64,000 nucleotides of DNA from Acidimicrobiales bacterium (lineage in GTDB: Bacteria > Actinomycetota > Acidimicrobiia > Acidimicrobiales > VFJN01). Within the stretch, counting starts at the first letter, position 1. Each line of letters starts with the position of its first letter. A model generated the notes under the pieces. That model saw nothing but the letters and a program-made list of their open reading frames with translations. It did not search any database and was not told where the DNA came from. This document shows, piece after piece, positions 9,534 to 17,463 of this stretch. A program made the translations under genes and the position numbers. The stretch covers positions 5,116 through 69,115 of the forward strand of contig JBJMHD010000149.1 in assembly GCA_045807565.1 (NCBI GenBank). Reading direction: 5' to 3'.

Positions 9534-10163
9534 GTGGCGTTCACCGAGATCGAGGCCTCTCGCGCCGACGTGGCGTGGCAGCCGTCGCTGCTGGCCATCG
9601 ACGAGCCCGACGTCGACCCCACCCTGAGCGGTGCCCGGCGCCGCTTCCTCGGGCAGGGGGCGTGGGTCGACGTCGTCCCCGGATGGGCGCGCGGCGCCGA
9701 CACCCTCTTCGACTCGGTGCTCGGATCGGCGGTGTGGAAGGCCTACGAACGCCCGATGTACGACCGCATCGTCGACGTCCCGAGGCTCACCGCCACCGAG
9801 TGGCGTCGTCGACCGGCCATCCTCGACCGGATGGCACGGTGCCTCGGCCGTCGCTACGGCGTGGAGCTGCCCTCGATCTCCGCGAACCTCTACCGCGACG
9901 GCCAGGACTCGGTCGCCTGGCACGGCGACCGCATCGGCCGGGTGCGCTCCGACGCCGTCGTGGCGATCTTGTCGCTCGGGTCCGATCGCACCCTCCTCCT
10001 GCGACCCAACGGCGGTGGCCACTCGATCGCCCTGCCGATGCGCTCCGGGGACCTCGTCGTGCAGGGCGGCACCTGCCAGCGCACCTTCGAGCACTGCGTG
10101 CCGAAGCGCGCCCACGCCGGCCCGCGGATCAGCGTCATGTTCCGCCAGCGGGGAGGGAGCTGA
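9534..10163 (+). CDS. alkB: AlkB-family 2OG-Fe(II) dioxygenase
   Basis: NLYRDGQDSVAWHGD (HxD), FEHCVPK, and RISVMFR (RxxxxxR) motifs; start set at GTG 9534 from the promoter geometry. Confidence 0.88.
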   Translation: MAFTEIEASRADVAWQPSLLAIDEPDVDPTLSGARRRFLGQGAWVDVVPGWARGADTLFDSVLGSAVWKAYERPMYDRIVDVPRLTATEWRRRPAILDRMARCLGRRYGVELPSISANLYRDGQDSVAWHGDRIGRVRSDAVVAILSLGSDRTLLLRPNGGGHSIALPMRSGDLVVQGGTCQRTFEHCVPKRAHAGPRISVMFRQRGGS

Positions 10164-10752
10164 GGGCCTTCCGGTGGTCCCACCGGCCCGGGTCGGTCGT
10201 GGACCGCCAGTCCTCCGTCTGCGCGAGCGCCCACCGCGCCCAGCCCGCCATCGATCGCTCGTGGTCCACGACGAACTGCAGACCCAGCGCGTTGAGGTGA
10301 CCTCGCTGCGCGAAGGCGTATCCCTCGTCGGAGAGCTCGCGCACCTTGCCCTCGAGGTCGGCGAGGCGCTCCTCGGCCGTCGTCGCGATGGCCGTGAGCG
10401 TGGCCCGGAGCTGGTCGAGCGACCCGGCGTCGGCGAAGAACACCTTCACCATGCCCTCGAACTCGAGGGTGGGGGGCGCCGGCGGATCGTCCAACCAGCG
10501 GCGCAGCGCCGTGCGCCCGCGCTTCGTCACCGAGTACACGGTGCGCGGCCGTGCACCGGTCATCTCGCGCTCGCTGCTCGCCAAGCCGGCCGCCACCAAG
10601 CGCTTCGGCTCGTCGTAGAGCTTTCGCTCGGCCCGCGGCCAGAACCAGCCGAGGGACTTCTGCACCTGCTTGGCGAGCTCGTAGGTGGTCCAGGACCGCA
10701 GCGAGAGCAGCCCGAGGATGGCGTGCGACGTGGTGGACGGCGGCGGCGTCAT
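10135..10752 (-). CDS. PadR-family transcriptional regulator
   Basis: HAILGLLSLRSWTTYELAK...WPRAERKLYDEPKRL...[18 protein letters not shown]. Confidence 0.88.
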   Translation of the reverse strand: MTPPPSTTSHAILGLLSLRSWTTYELAKQVQKSLGWFWPRAERKLYDEPKRLVAAGLASSEREMTGARPRTVYSVTKRGRTALRRWLDDPPAPPTLEFEGMVKVFFADAGSLDQLRATLTAIATTAEERLADLEGKVRELSDEGYAFAQRGHLNALGLQFVVDHERSMAGWARWALAQTEDWRSTTDPGRWDHRKALSSLPAGGT

Positions 10753-10761
10753 GATCCGAGG

Positions 10762-10790
10762 TTGACATAGTGCCCTGGGCAGTGTCTAGT
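10762..10790. promoter_or_regulatory. Divergent promoter and possible PadR operator
   Basis: TTGACA at 10762; imperfect dyad GACA-TAG-TGCCC-T-GGGCA-G-TGTC between padR and the cupin gene. Confidence 0.35.
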
Positions 10791-10840
10791 GGCAATCGAA
10801 TGCTGCAGAGGGCAGCATCCACGCACAGGAGGGCAACACG

Positions 10841-11311
10841 ATGCAGACGACGACCCTGATCCGTGGCCGCGACGAGGGCGAGGCCACCTGGTTCTTCAAC
10901 GCCCTGACCACCAGCGTGGCCAGCACCGAGGAGACCGGCGGCGCCTACAGCCTCACCGAGCACCTCGTGACCTCCGCCTCGAACCCGCCGATGCACGTGC
11001 AGGTCGATGAGGAGGAGGCCTTCTACATCCTCGATGGCGAGGTCGAGTTCGAGGTCGACGGGCACGTCGCGGTCGCGACCCCGGGAACGTTCGCCCTCGT
11101 CGCCCGCGGCGCTGCCCACACCTTCCGCGTGCTCACCGACACGGCGCGGATGCTCGTGATCTGCTCGGGCAAGCCCACCGACAACCTCGAGGACTTCTTC
11201 TTCGGGATGGGCACCCCTGCCACCGAGCGGCGGCTCCCCGAGCCAGGCGCACCCGACGAGGCGCTCCTCGTGCAGCTCTGCAGCCGCACGGGCATCGAGC
11301 TGGTGCCGTGA
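10841..11311 (+). CDS. Cupin domain protein (quercetin dioxygenase-like)
   Basis: PPMHVQVDEEEAFYILDGEV and GAAHTF cupin motifs; AGGAGGG RBS. Confidence 0.85.
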   Translation: MQTTTLIRGRDEGEATWFFNALTTSVASTEETGGAYSLTEHLVTSASNPPMHVQVDEEEAFYILDGEVEFEVDGHVAVATPGTFALVARGAAHTFRVLTDTARMLVICSGKPTDNLEDFFFGMGTPATERRLPEPGAPDEALLVQLCSRTGIELVP

Positions 11312-12045
11312 AGCTGCTCGTGGTGGTCGCGCACCCGGACGACGAGTCGTTCGGGTGCGGGTCCATCCTCGCCCGCGCCGCGCAGGCCGGACACCACACG
11401 TCCGTCCTCTGCGCCACCCGCGGCGAGGCCGGCGAGAGCCGGATCGCCACGGACGACCTGGCGGCGGTGCGCGAGTCCGAGCTGCGCGCCGCCGCCCGCG
11501 TCCTCGGCGTCGCCGAGGTGCGCGTCCTCGACCACCGCGACTCCGGCATGACCGGCGATCCTGCCCGGGGCACGCTGGCGGGGGCCGACCCCGCCCGCAT
11601 CACGGCGGAGGTGGGCGCCGTCATCGACGAGCTCCGCCCCGACGTGGTGGTCACCCTCGATGCCAGCGACGGCCACCGCGACCATGCGGTCATCCGCGAC
11701 GCGACCGTCGCTGCCGTCGACAGCGCCACCCGGCCGCCCGCCGGCACCTACCTCTGGTGCCTCGCCCGGTCGTCCATGGCGCGGTGGGCGGACCACCAGC
11801 GAGGGACAGGCGGTGGCGACGCCTACCTCGACCTCGGCGAGCTCGGCACCCCAGACGAGGACATCACGCTGATCGTCGACGCGGCGGCGCAGCTCGCCAC
11901 GCGCTGGGACGCGATGCGGGCCCACGCGAGCCAGGGCAGCCCGTACGACGACCTGCCGACCGAGCTCCAGCACGAGTTCCTCGCGACCGATCGCCTCCGG
12001 CTGGTGCGCGGCGACGACGTGCTGCGCGGGGACGTCGAGGGCTGA
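11308..12045 (+). CDS. PIG-L family deacetylase (MshB/Mca-like)
   Basis: AHPDDE, ATRGEAG, DGHRDH and AHASQ motifs; GTGA overlap with the cupin gene. Confidence 0.9.
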   Translation: MKLLVVVAHPDDESFGCGSILARAAQAGHHTSVLCATRGEAGESRIATDDLAAVRESELRAAARVLGVAEVRVLDHRDSGMTGDPARGTLAGADPARITAEVGAVIDELRPDVVVTLDASDGHRDHAVIRDATVAAVDSATRPPAGTYLWCLARSSMARWADHQRGTGGGDAYLDLGELGTPDEDITLIVDAAAQLATRWDAMRAHASQGSPYDDLPTELQHEFLATDRLRLVRGDDVLRGDVEG

Positions 12046-12059
12046 CCTACCGTTCGCGC

Positions 12060-12482
12060 GTGGCCGGGTACTCGGGGACGCCGCTCGCCCAGAAGCTCGG
12101 GATCAAGCCGGGCACGCGCCTCGCCGTGCTCGGTGCACCGGCGGGGTTCCGGATCGACCAGCTCCCCGGCGGTGTCGAGGTGCGCTCCACCGCGCGCGGC
12201 GCCCACGACGTGATCGTGTCGTTCCACACGAGGCGTGCCGACCTCGCCAAGCGACTGCCCACGCTCATGCGCGCGCTCGACGTGGACGGCGGGCTCTGGG
12301 TCAGCTGGCCGAAGAAGGCGTCCGGGATCCCGACCGACATCACCGAGGACGTCGTGCGCGAGGTCGCCCTCCCTCCCGGGCTGGTCGACGTGAAGGTGTG
12401 CGCGGTCGACGACACGTGGTCGGGCCTTCGCCTGTGCCTGCGCAAGGAGCTCCGAGCGGGGCGTCGCACAGCGGCCGGATAG
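12060..12482 (+). CDS. DUF3052-like protein
   Basis: AGYSGTPLAQKLGIKPG...LWVSWPKKASG...LVDVKVCAVDDTWSGL; TACCGT 6 nt before the GTG. Confidence 0.8.
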   Translation: MAGYSGTPLAQKLGIKPGTRLAVLGAPAGFRIDQLPGGVEVRSTARGAHDVIVSFHTRRADLAKRLPTLMRALDVDGGLWVSWPKKASGIPTDITEDVVREVALPPGLVDVKVCAVDDTWSGLRLCLRKELRAGRRTAAG

Positions 12483-12485
12483 CGG

Positions 12486-12875
12486 TCAGTCCTCGGCCGG
12501 GCCCATCTCCGCCGGATCCCAGAAGGCACGCATGGACGTGATCTTCCCGGCGTCGTCGAACGTCATCACGTCGATGATGTCGATGCACATCGTGGTGCCG
12601 CCCATGGTGGGCCGCGCCTGCATCGGGAAGGCGCACTCCCCCGCCGCCACCCGGACCGGGCCGGTGCGGCGCAGCTCGATCGAGTCGGCCATCGTGCTCA
12701 TCTGCGTGAAGAACTCGCCGATGGCGTCGTGGCCCTCGTGCCGTGGCGTGCCCACTGGGTCCTCCACCCAGGCGCCGGGGGTGAAGAGCGCGACGTACGC
12801 GTCCTTGTCCCCCGCGGTGAAGGCGCCCGTGTAGGCGTCGACGACGGAGCGGATCGTGGCGGCGTCAGCGGTCAT
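12486..12875 (-). CDS. NTF2/SnoaL-like (ketosteroid isomerase-like) protein
   Basis: VEDPVGTP...IDVMTFDDAGKITSMRAFW. Confidence 0.85.
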   Translation of the reverse strand: MTADAATIRSVVDAYTGAFTAGDKDAYVALFTPGAWVEDPVGTPRHEGHDAIGEFFTQMSTMADSIELRRTGPVRVAAGECAFPMQARPTMGGTTMCIDIIDVMTFDDAGKITSMRAFWDPAEMGPAED

Positions 12876-14130
12876 GGTCGCGGACGCTACCGGTGATCAG
12901 GCGCGGGCCGCGGTCCCACGTGAGGTAGTTCCACGCCCAGTTGAGGAGCACCGACGCCCGGTTGCGCGGTCCCACGAGGGTGACGATGTGCAGGCCCAGC
13001 CACGCCACCCATGCCAGGCCGCCCCGGAGTCGGATCCGGCCGGGGAGCTCGGCGACCGCGGCCCGCCGGCCGATGGTGGCCATGATGCCCTTGTCCAGGT
13101 AGCGGAACGGCTTGGTGGGACGACCCTCGAGGAGGCGACGGATCTGCCGGGCGACGTGCCGTCCGGACTGCATCGCGACCGGCGCGAGCTGCGGGAGCAC
13201 CTCGCCTCCCCGATCGGTGGCGGCGGCGACGTCGCCGATCGCCCACGCTCCGGGGCGCCCCGGCACGCGCAGATCCCGCTCCACCACCACCCGTCCGCCT
13301 CGCCCGGTCGGGAGGTCGAGGGCGGACGCCAACCGGTTCGCCTGCACGCCGGCGGCCCAGACGAGGGTGTGGCAGGGCAGCACCTCGCCGCCGACCAGCG
13401 TGACCGCATCGCAACCGACGGACTCGACCTGCACCCCGAGCCGCACCTCCACGCCGCGTGCGCGCAACGTCTCCAGCGCGTGCCGGCGGCTGGACCCGAC
13501 GAACGGGTGGAGGAGGTGGTCCTGCATCTCGACGAGGACCACCCGCGCCTGGGTGACGTCGATCCCGGGGTAGTCCCTGCCGAACACCATGGCGAAGAGC
13601 TCGGCCAGCGCGCCGGCGGTCTCCACGCCCGTGGGCCCGCCACCGACCACGACGAAGGTGAGCCCGCCGCGGTCGATGAGGCTCGGGTCGCGGTCGGCCG
13701 CCTCGAAGCGCGACACCACGTGGTCCCGCAGCCGGGTGGCGTCCTCGAGCGTGTACAGCGGGAAGGCGTGCTCGGCGGCTCCGGGGGTCCCGAACCACGC
13801 GACCGACGCGCCAGCGGCGAGCACGAGGTGGTCGAACGGCAGGTCGGACTGCCCCTCCACGTGCAGGACCCGCGCCGTCCAGTCGACGCCGGTCGCTCGG
13901 CCCTGGCGGAAGCGCAGGTTGCCCTGCCGGTGGAACAGGCCGCGGACGACGTGGGCCACGTCGGTGGGGCTCAAGCCCGCCGTCGCCACCTGGTAGAGCA
14001 GCGGCTGGAAGGTGTGGAAGTTGTGCTGGTCGACCAGCGTGACCTCCACCGGTGCCCCCTTCAGGCCCCGGGCGACCTCGAGCCCGCCGAAGCCCGCACC
14101 GATCACCACGACCTTGGGGACCACGGTCAC
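12865..14130 (-). CDS. ndh: Type II NADH dehydrogenase (NAD(P)/FAD-dependent oxidoreductase)
   Basis: GAGFGG, FQPLLYQVAT, GGGPTGVE, AIGD, FRYLDKGIMATIGR. Confidence 0.92.
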   Translation of the reverse strand: MTVVPKVVVIGAGFGGLEVARGLKGAPVEVTLVDQHNFHTFQPLLYQVATAGLSPTDVAHVVRGLFHRQGNLRFRQGRATGVDWTARVLHVEGQSDLPFDHLVLAAGASVAWFGTPGAAEHAFPLYTLEDATRLRDHVVSRFEAADRDPSLIDRGGLTFVVVGGGPTGVETAGALAELFAMVFGRDYPGIDVTQARVVLVEMQDHLLHPFVGSSRRHALETLRARGVEVRLGVQVESVGCDAVTLVGGEVLPCHTLVWAAGVQANRLASALDLPTGRGGRVVVERDLRVPGRPGAWAIGDVAAATDRGGEVLPQLAPVAMQSGRHVARQIRRLLEGRPTKPFRYLDKGIMATIGRRAAVAELPGRIRLRGGLAWVAWLGLHIVTLVGPRNRASVLLNWAWNYLTWDRGPRLITGSVRDHDR

Positions 14131-14139
14131 GCGCGCAGC

Positions 14140-14961
14140 CTAGCGAGATTTGTGAAAACTCTCACGAGTGGCGGGGGCGGGCTGGCAGGTCGGGCACCAG
14201 TAGCTGCTCCGCTGCTGCTCGCCCTGCCGAGCCACGCGGATGGGCGTGCCGCACCGGCGGCACGGCTGACCCCGGCGCCCGTAGACGGCGAGGCCACCGG
14301 CGTGCGTGCGCCGGGCCGAGCCCACCAGGTTCGCCTGGAGCTGCCGCGCCGCGACCTGCCACACCCGTCGGCGGGCGTCATCGGGCAGGTCGATCAGGGG
14401 CATGCCCGGGTCGAGCCCCGCGGCGAAGCACGCCTCCGACTTGTAGACGTTGCCGATCCCCGCCGCGATGCGCTGGTCGAGCAGCGCCTCGCCCAGCGTG
14501 GCGTCGGCGGACGTGAGGCGGCGCGACCGCGCCACGACGTCGTCGAGGACGTCGTCCGCCAGCGAGGCCGCCTGGCAGAGGTCGGGTCCGAGGGATGCGA
14601 GCGGCGCGGGGTCGCCGCCGCGCTGGTGGTAGGTCTCCACGACCGGCGCCTGGAAGCACACCGCCACCCACCCGCTGTCGGTGCCGATGACGGCCCGGGC
14701 GAGGTGGGCGGGCTTCTGCCATCGCTCGCGCTCGCGGTACACGTGCCACGAGCCCGACATGCGCAGGTGCGTCCGCAGCACCAACCCGCGCTCGAAGTGG
14801 ACCAGGAGGTGCTTGCCGCGCGCCTCGACCTGCTCGATGCGCTCCCCCAGCTCCGGTGCGTCACCGACCAATCGCGGCGCCTCGAACCGCGTCACGCGGT
14901 GGCCCTGCAGCGCGGGCCGCAACCGGGCGGCGATCTTGAAGAGGGTGTCGCCTTCGGGCAC
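14140..14961 (-). CDS. nei: Fpg/Nei-family DNA glycosylase/AP lyase
   Basis: (M)PEGDT N-terminus, GKHL, HLRMSG, H2TH LLDQRIAAGIGNVYKSE, and a CRRC...WCPTCQ zinc finger. Confidence 0.93.
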   Translation of the reverse strand: MPEGDTLFKIAARLRPALQGHRVTRFEAPRLVGDAPELGERIEQVEARGKHLLVHFERGLVLRTHLRMSGSWHVYRERERWQKPAHLARAVIGTDSGWVAVCFQAPVVETYHQRGGDPAPLASLGPDLCQAASLADDVLDDVVARSRRLTSADATLGEALLDQRIAAGIGNVYKSEACFAAGLDPGMPLIDLPDDARRRVWQVAARQLQANLVGSARRTHAGGLAVYGRRGQPCRRCGTPIRVARQGEQQRSSYWCPTCQPAPATRESFHKSR

Positions 14962-15037
14962 GCGCTCAGTGTGCCGTGGAGTTACGGTCGCCCGACATGG
15001 TCGGCGTCGCTCGCCCGGGTCCGCGCCGGTAGCCCCG

Positions 15038-16213
15038 ATGCGGTCGATCAGCGTCGACGAGCGCCGCGCCCGGCTGGCGCACCGGCACCGATTGGCACCG
15101 AGCGCTCGCGTCGACGACGACCCAGTCGCGATCGCGCGGTCGGTGGTGGCGCTCCATGCCACCGACCCGGCCACGGTGGTCCTGTCGACGATCCAGCGCA
15201 TGCGCACGCCCGATCCCGCGGTGGTCGCGCGGGCGCTGTTCGAGCACCGGACCCTCGTGCGGATGCTCGCCATGCGAAGGACGCTGTGGACCGTCCCGGT
15301 GGTCGACCTGGCGATCGTGCAGCGATCGAGTGGCGACGCCGTCGCCGCCGCCGAGCGCAAGCGGTTCGTGAAGATCCTCGAGGACGCCGGGGTCGCCAAG
15401 GACGGAGCCCGGTTCCTTCGACGGGCGGAGGAGAAGGCGCTGGCCGCCCTCGAGGACGCCGGCGAGCTGGCGGCAGGCGACCTCGCCAAGTGCTCGAAAG
15501 AGCTGGCGATCCAGATCCCGATGAACGAGGGCAAGGCCTACGCCGCGACCATCGGCGTGGGTCCCCGGGTGCTGCTCCTGCTCGCGGCGGACGGGCGCGT
15601 CGTCCGCGGCCGCACCACCGGCGGCTGGGCCAGCAGCCGTCACCTGTGGGCGCCCCTCGACCGCTGGCTCGGCGGGCCCATCCCCGAGCTCCCCGCCGAG
15701 GACGCCCGCGTGGCGCTGGCGCGCGCCTGGCTGGAGCGGTTCGGCCCGGCCACGGTCGAGGACCTCAAGTGGTGGACGGGCTGGACGATGGGCCACACCC
15801 GTGCTGCGCTCGCCGCGCTCGTGGTGGAGCCGGTGGACCTCGACGGGAGCGACGGACTGGTGCTCCCCGGCGACACGGAGTCGCCCGAGCTCGAGCCGTT
15901 CGTCACCCTGCTGCCGGGGCTCGACCCCAGCACGATGGGCTGGAAGCACCGCGACTGGTACCTCGGCGAGCACCGGTCGAGGGTCTTCGACGCCAACGGG
16001 AACGGCGGTCCGACCGTGTGGGTCGACGGTCGCATCGTCGGCGGGTGGGCGCAGCGCAAGACCGGTGAGGTCGTGTTCCGGCTCCTCCAGGACGTCGGCG
16101 CAGAGCGGGTCGACGAGGTCGCGGCGCGGGCGGCCGCCCTCGAAGCCGTGTTGGGCGAGGCGCGGGTGGTGGTGCGGTTCCCTGGACCGCTCGACAAGGA
16201 GCTGTCGCGATGA
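15038..16213 (+). CDS. AlkZ/YcaQ (HTH_42) family winged-helix DNA glycosylase
   Basis: VALHATDPATVVLS, RMLAMRRTL, ERFGPATVEDLKWWTGW, LLPGLDP, NGGPTVWVDGRIVGGW. Confidence 0.85.
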   Translation: MRSISVDERRARLAHRHRLAPSARVDDDPVAIARSVVALHATDPATVVLSTIQRMRTPDPAVVARALFEHRTLVRMLAMRRTLWTVPVVDLAIVQRSSGDAVAAAERKRFVKILEDAGVAKDGARFLRRAEEKALAALEDAGELAAGDLAKCSKELAIQIPMNEGKAYAATIGVGPRVLLLLAADGRVVRGRTTGGWASSRHLWAPLDRWLGGPIPELPAEDARVALARAWLERFGPATVEDLKWWTGWTMGHTRAALAALVVEPVDLDGSDGLVLPGDTESPELEPFVTLLPGLDPSTMGWKHRDWYLGEHRSRVFDANGNGGPTVWVDGRIVGGWAQRKTGEVVFRLLQDVGAERVDEVAARAAALEAVLGEARVVVRFPGPLDKELSR

Positions 16214-16569
16214 GCGACGGGCCTCGGGTGGACCGCTGGCTCTGGGCGGTCCGGCTGTTCAAGACGCGAGGTGAGGCCACCGACGCGTGCCGGGGCGGCC
16301 ACGTCCGCGTCAACGGTCGACCTGTGAAGGCGGCGGCGACGGTCGAGGCCGGAGACGTGGTGGTCGTCCGGACCCATGGCGTCGACCGGACCGTCGAGGT
16401 CAGGCAGCTGATCGAGAAGCGGGTGGGCGCGTCGCTCGCGGCCGACAGCTACATCGACCACACGCCGCCCCCACCGCCCAGGGAGGCGCGGGTCGCGGCG
16501 CGCGAGCGCGGTGCGGGCCGCCCGACCAAGCGCGAGCGGCGCCAGCTCGACCGGTGGCAGCGCGGCTGA
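16210..16569 (+). CDS. hslR: S4-domain RNA-binding protein (Hsp15-like)
   Basis: RVDRWLWAVRLFKTR...GHVRVNG...GAGRPTKRERRQLD; ATGA overlap with the upstream gene. Confidence 0.88.
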   Translation: MSDGPRVDRWLWAVRLFKTRGEATDACRGGHVRVNGRPVKAAATVEAGDVVVVRTHGVDRTVEVRQLIEKRVGASLAADSYIDHTPPPPPREARVAARERGAGRPTKRERRQLDRWQRG

Positions 16570-16635
16570 TCGCCGTCGCCCGCCCGCGGGCGCAGGAGGT
16601 CGCTGTCTCTTCTCCAGGCGCGCGAAGGTGCTCGG

Positions 16636-17220
16636 GTGTCTCCGCCGCTCGAGCTGCGCTTCGTCACGTCAGCCGACCGGCTCGAAGCGCTCCCGGACTC
16701 ACGGGCGGAGGTGGCGGTGGTGGGCCGGTCGAACGTGGGCAAGTCGTCGCTCATCAACGCGCTGGCCAAGCGCGACGGCCTCGCCAACACGTCGAAGACA
16801 CCCGGCCGCACGCAGCTCCTCAACTGCTTCGCGCTGCCCGACGGGCAGACAATCGTCGACTGCCCCGGGTACGGCTACGCCAAGGTGTCGAAGGTGCAGC
16901 GGGCGCAGATGGCCACGATGATCGAGCGCTACCTCGCCGGCCGCGACGCCCTGGCGATGGTGATGGTCCTCGTCGACGGCGAGGTCGGCCCCACCCCGCT
17001 CGACCAGTCGATGCTCGAGTGGCTGCGCGCCGAGGCCCTCCCCCACCAGGTGGTGGCGACGAAGCACGACAAGGTCAAGTCCGCCCAGCGGGAGAAGCGG
17101 AAGAAGCAGCTCGCCGCCGGCTGCGACCTGGATCCCGGCGACGTCGTGTGGGTGAGCGCTCATCGGAACGTCGGGATCGACCGGCTGCGTGATCTGGTGC
17201 GCCTCTGGCTGGACGGCTGA
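16636..17220 (+). CDS. engB: Ribosome biogenesis GTPase EngB/YihA/YsxC
   Basis: GRSNVGKSSLIN, SKTPGRTQLLN, DCPGYGYA, TKHDK. Confidence 0.93.
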   Translation: MSPPLELRFVTSADRLEALPDSRAEVAVVGRSNVGKSSLINALAKRDGLANTSKTPGRTQLLNCFALPDGQTIVDCPGYGYAKVSKVQRAQMATMIERYLAGRDALAMVMVLVDGEVGPTPLDQSMLEWLRAEALPHQVVATKHDKVKSAQREKRKKQLAAGCDLDPGDVVWVSAHRNVGIDRLRDLVRLWLDG

Positions 17221-17265
17221 CGGGGGATCCCCCACCCACGGGCGGCGCGGCGGAACACTCTCGCC

Positions 17266-17451
17266 ATGATCCGTGCGCTGTTGCTGCTCGTCCTGGTGCT
17301 CCTGATCGCGACGTTCCCCGCGACGTGGCTCCTGATGCTCTTCTTCGGGAACCTCGGGATGGGGCTCAGCTACTGGGGCACCCTCCCGCTCGGTGTGCTC
17401 GCGTCCGCGCTGTTGGCGGGCTCGGGCAGCAACGTCTACACGCTCGATTGA
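17266..17451 (+). CDS. Small two-TM membrane protein
   Basis: 61 aa, highly hydrophobic (FPATWLLMLFFGNLG...YWGTLPLG); fills the intergenic gap. Confidence 0.65.
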   Translation: MIRALLLLVLVLLIATFPATWLLMLFFGNLGMGLSYWGTLPLGVLASALLAGSGSNVYTLD

Positions 17452-17463
17452 GCTCCATCCGCG

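Noticed and set aside
14962-15037. TGTCGG upstream of nei as a second PafBC promoter
   Set aside because: No TANNNT follows at the required 10-nt spacing (TAACTC at 7 nt, CACACT at 18 nt).
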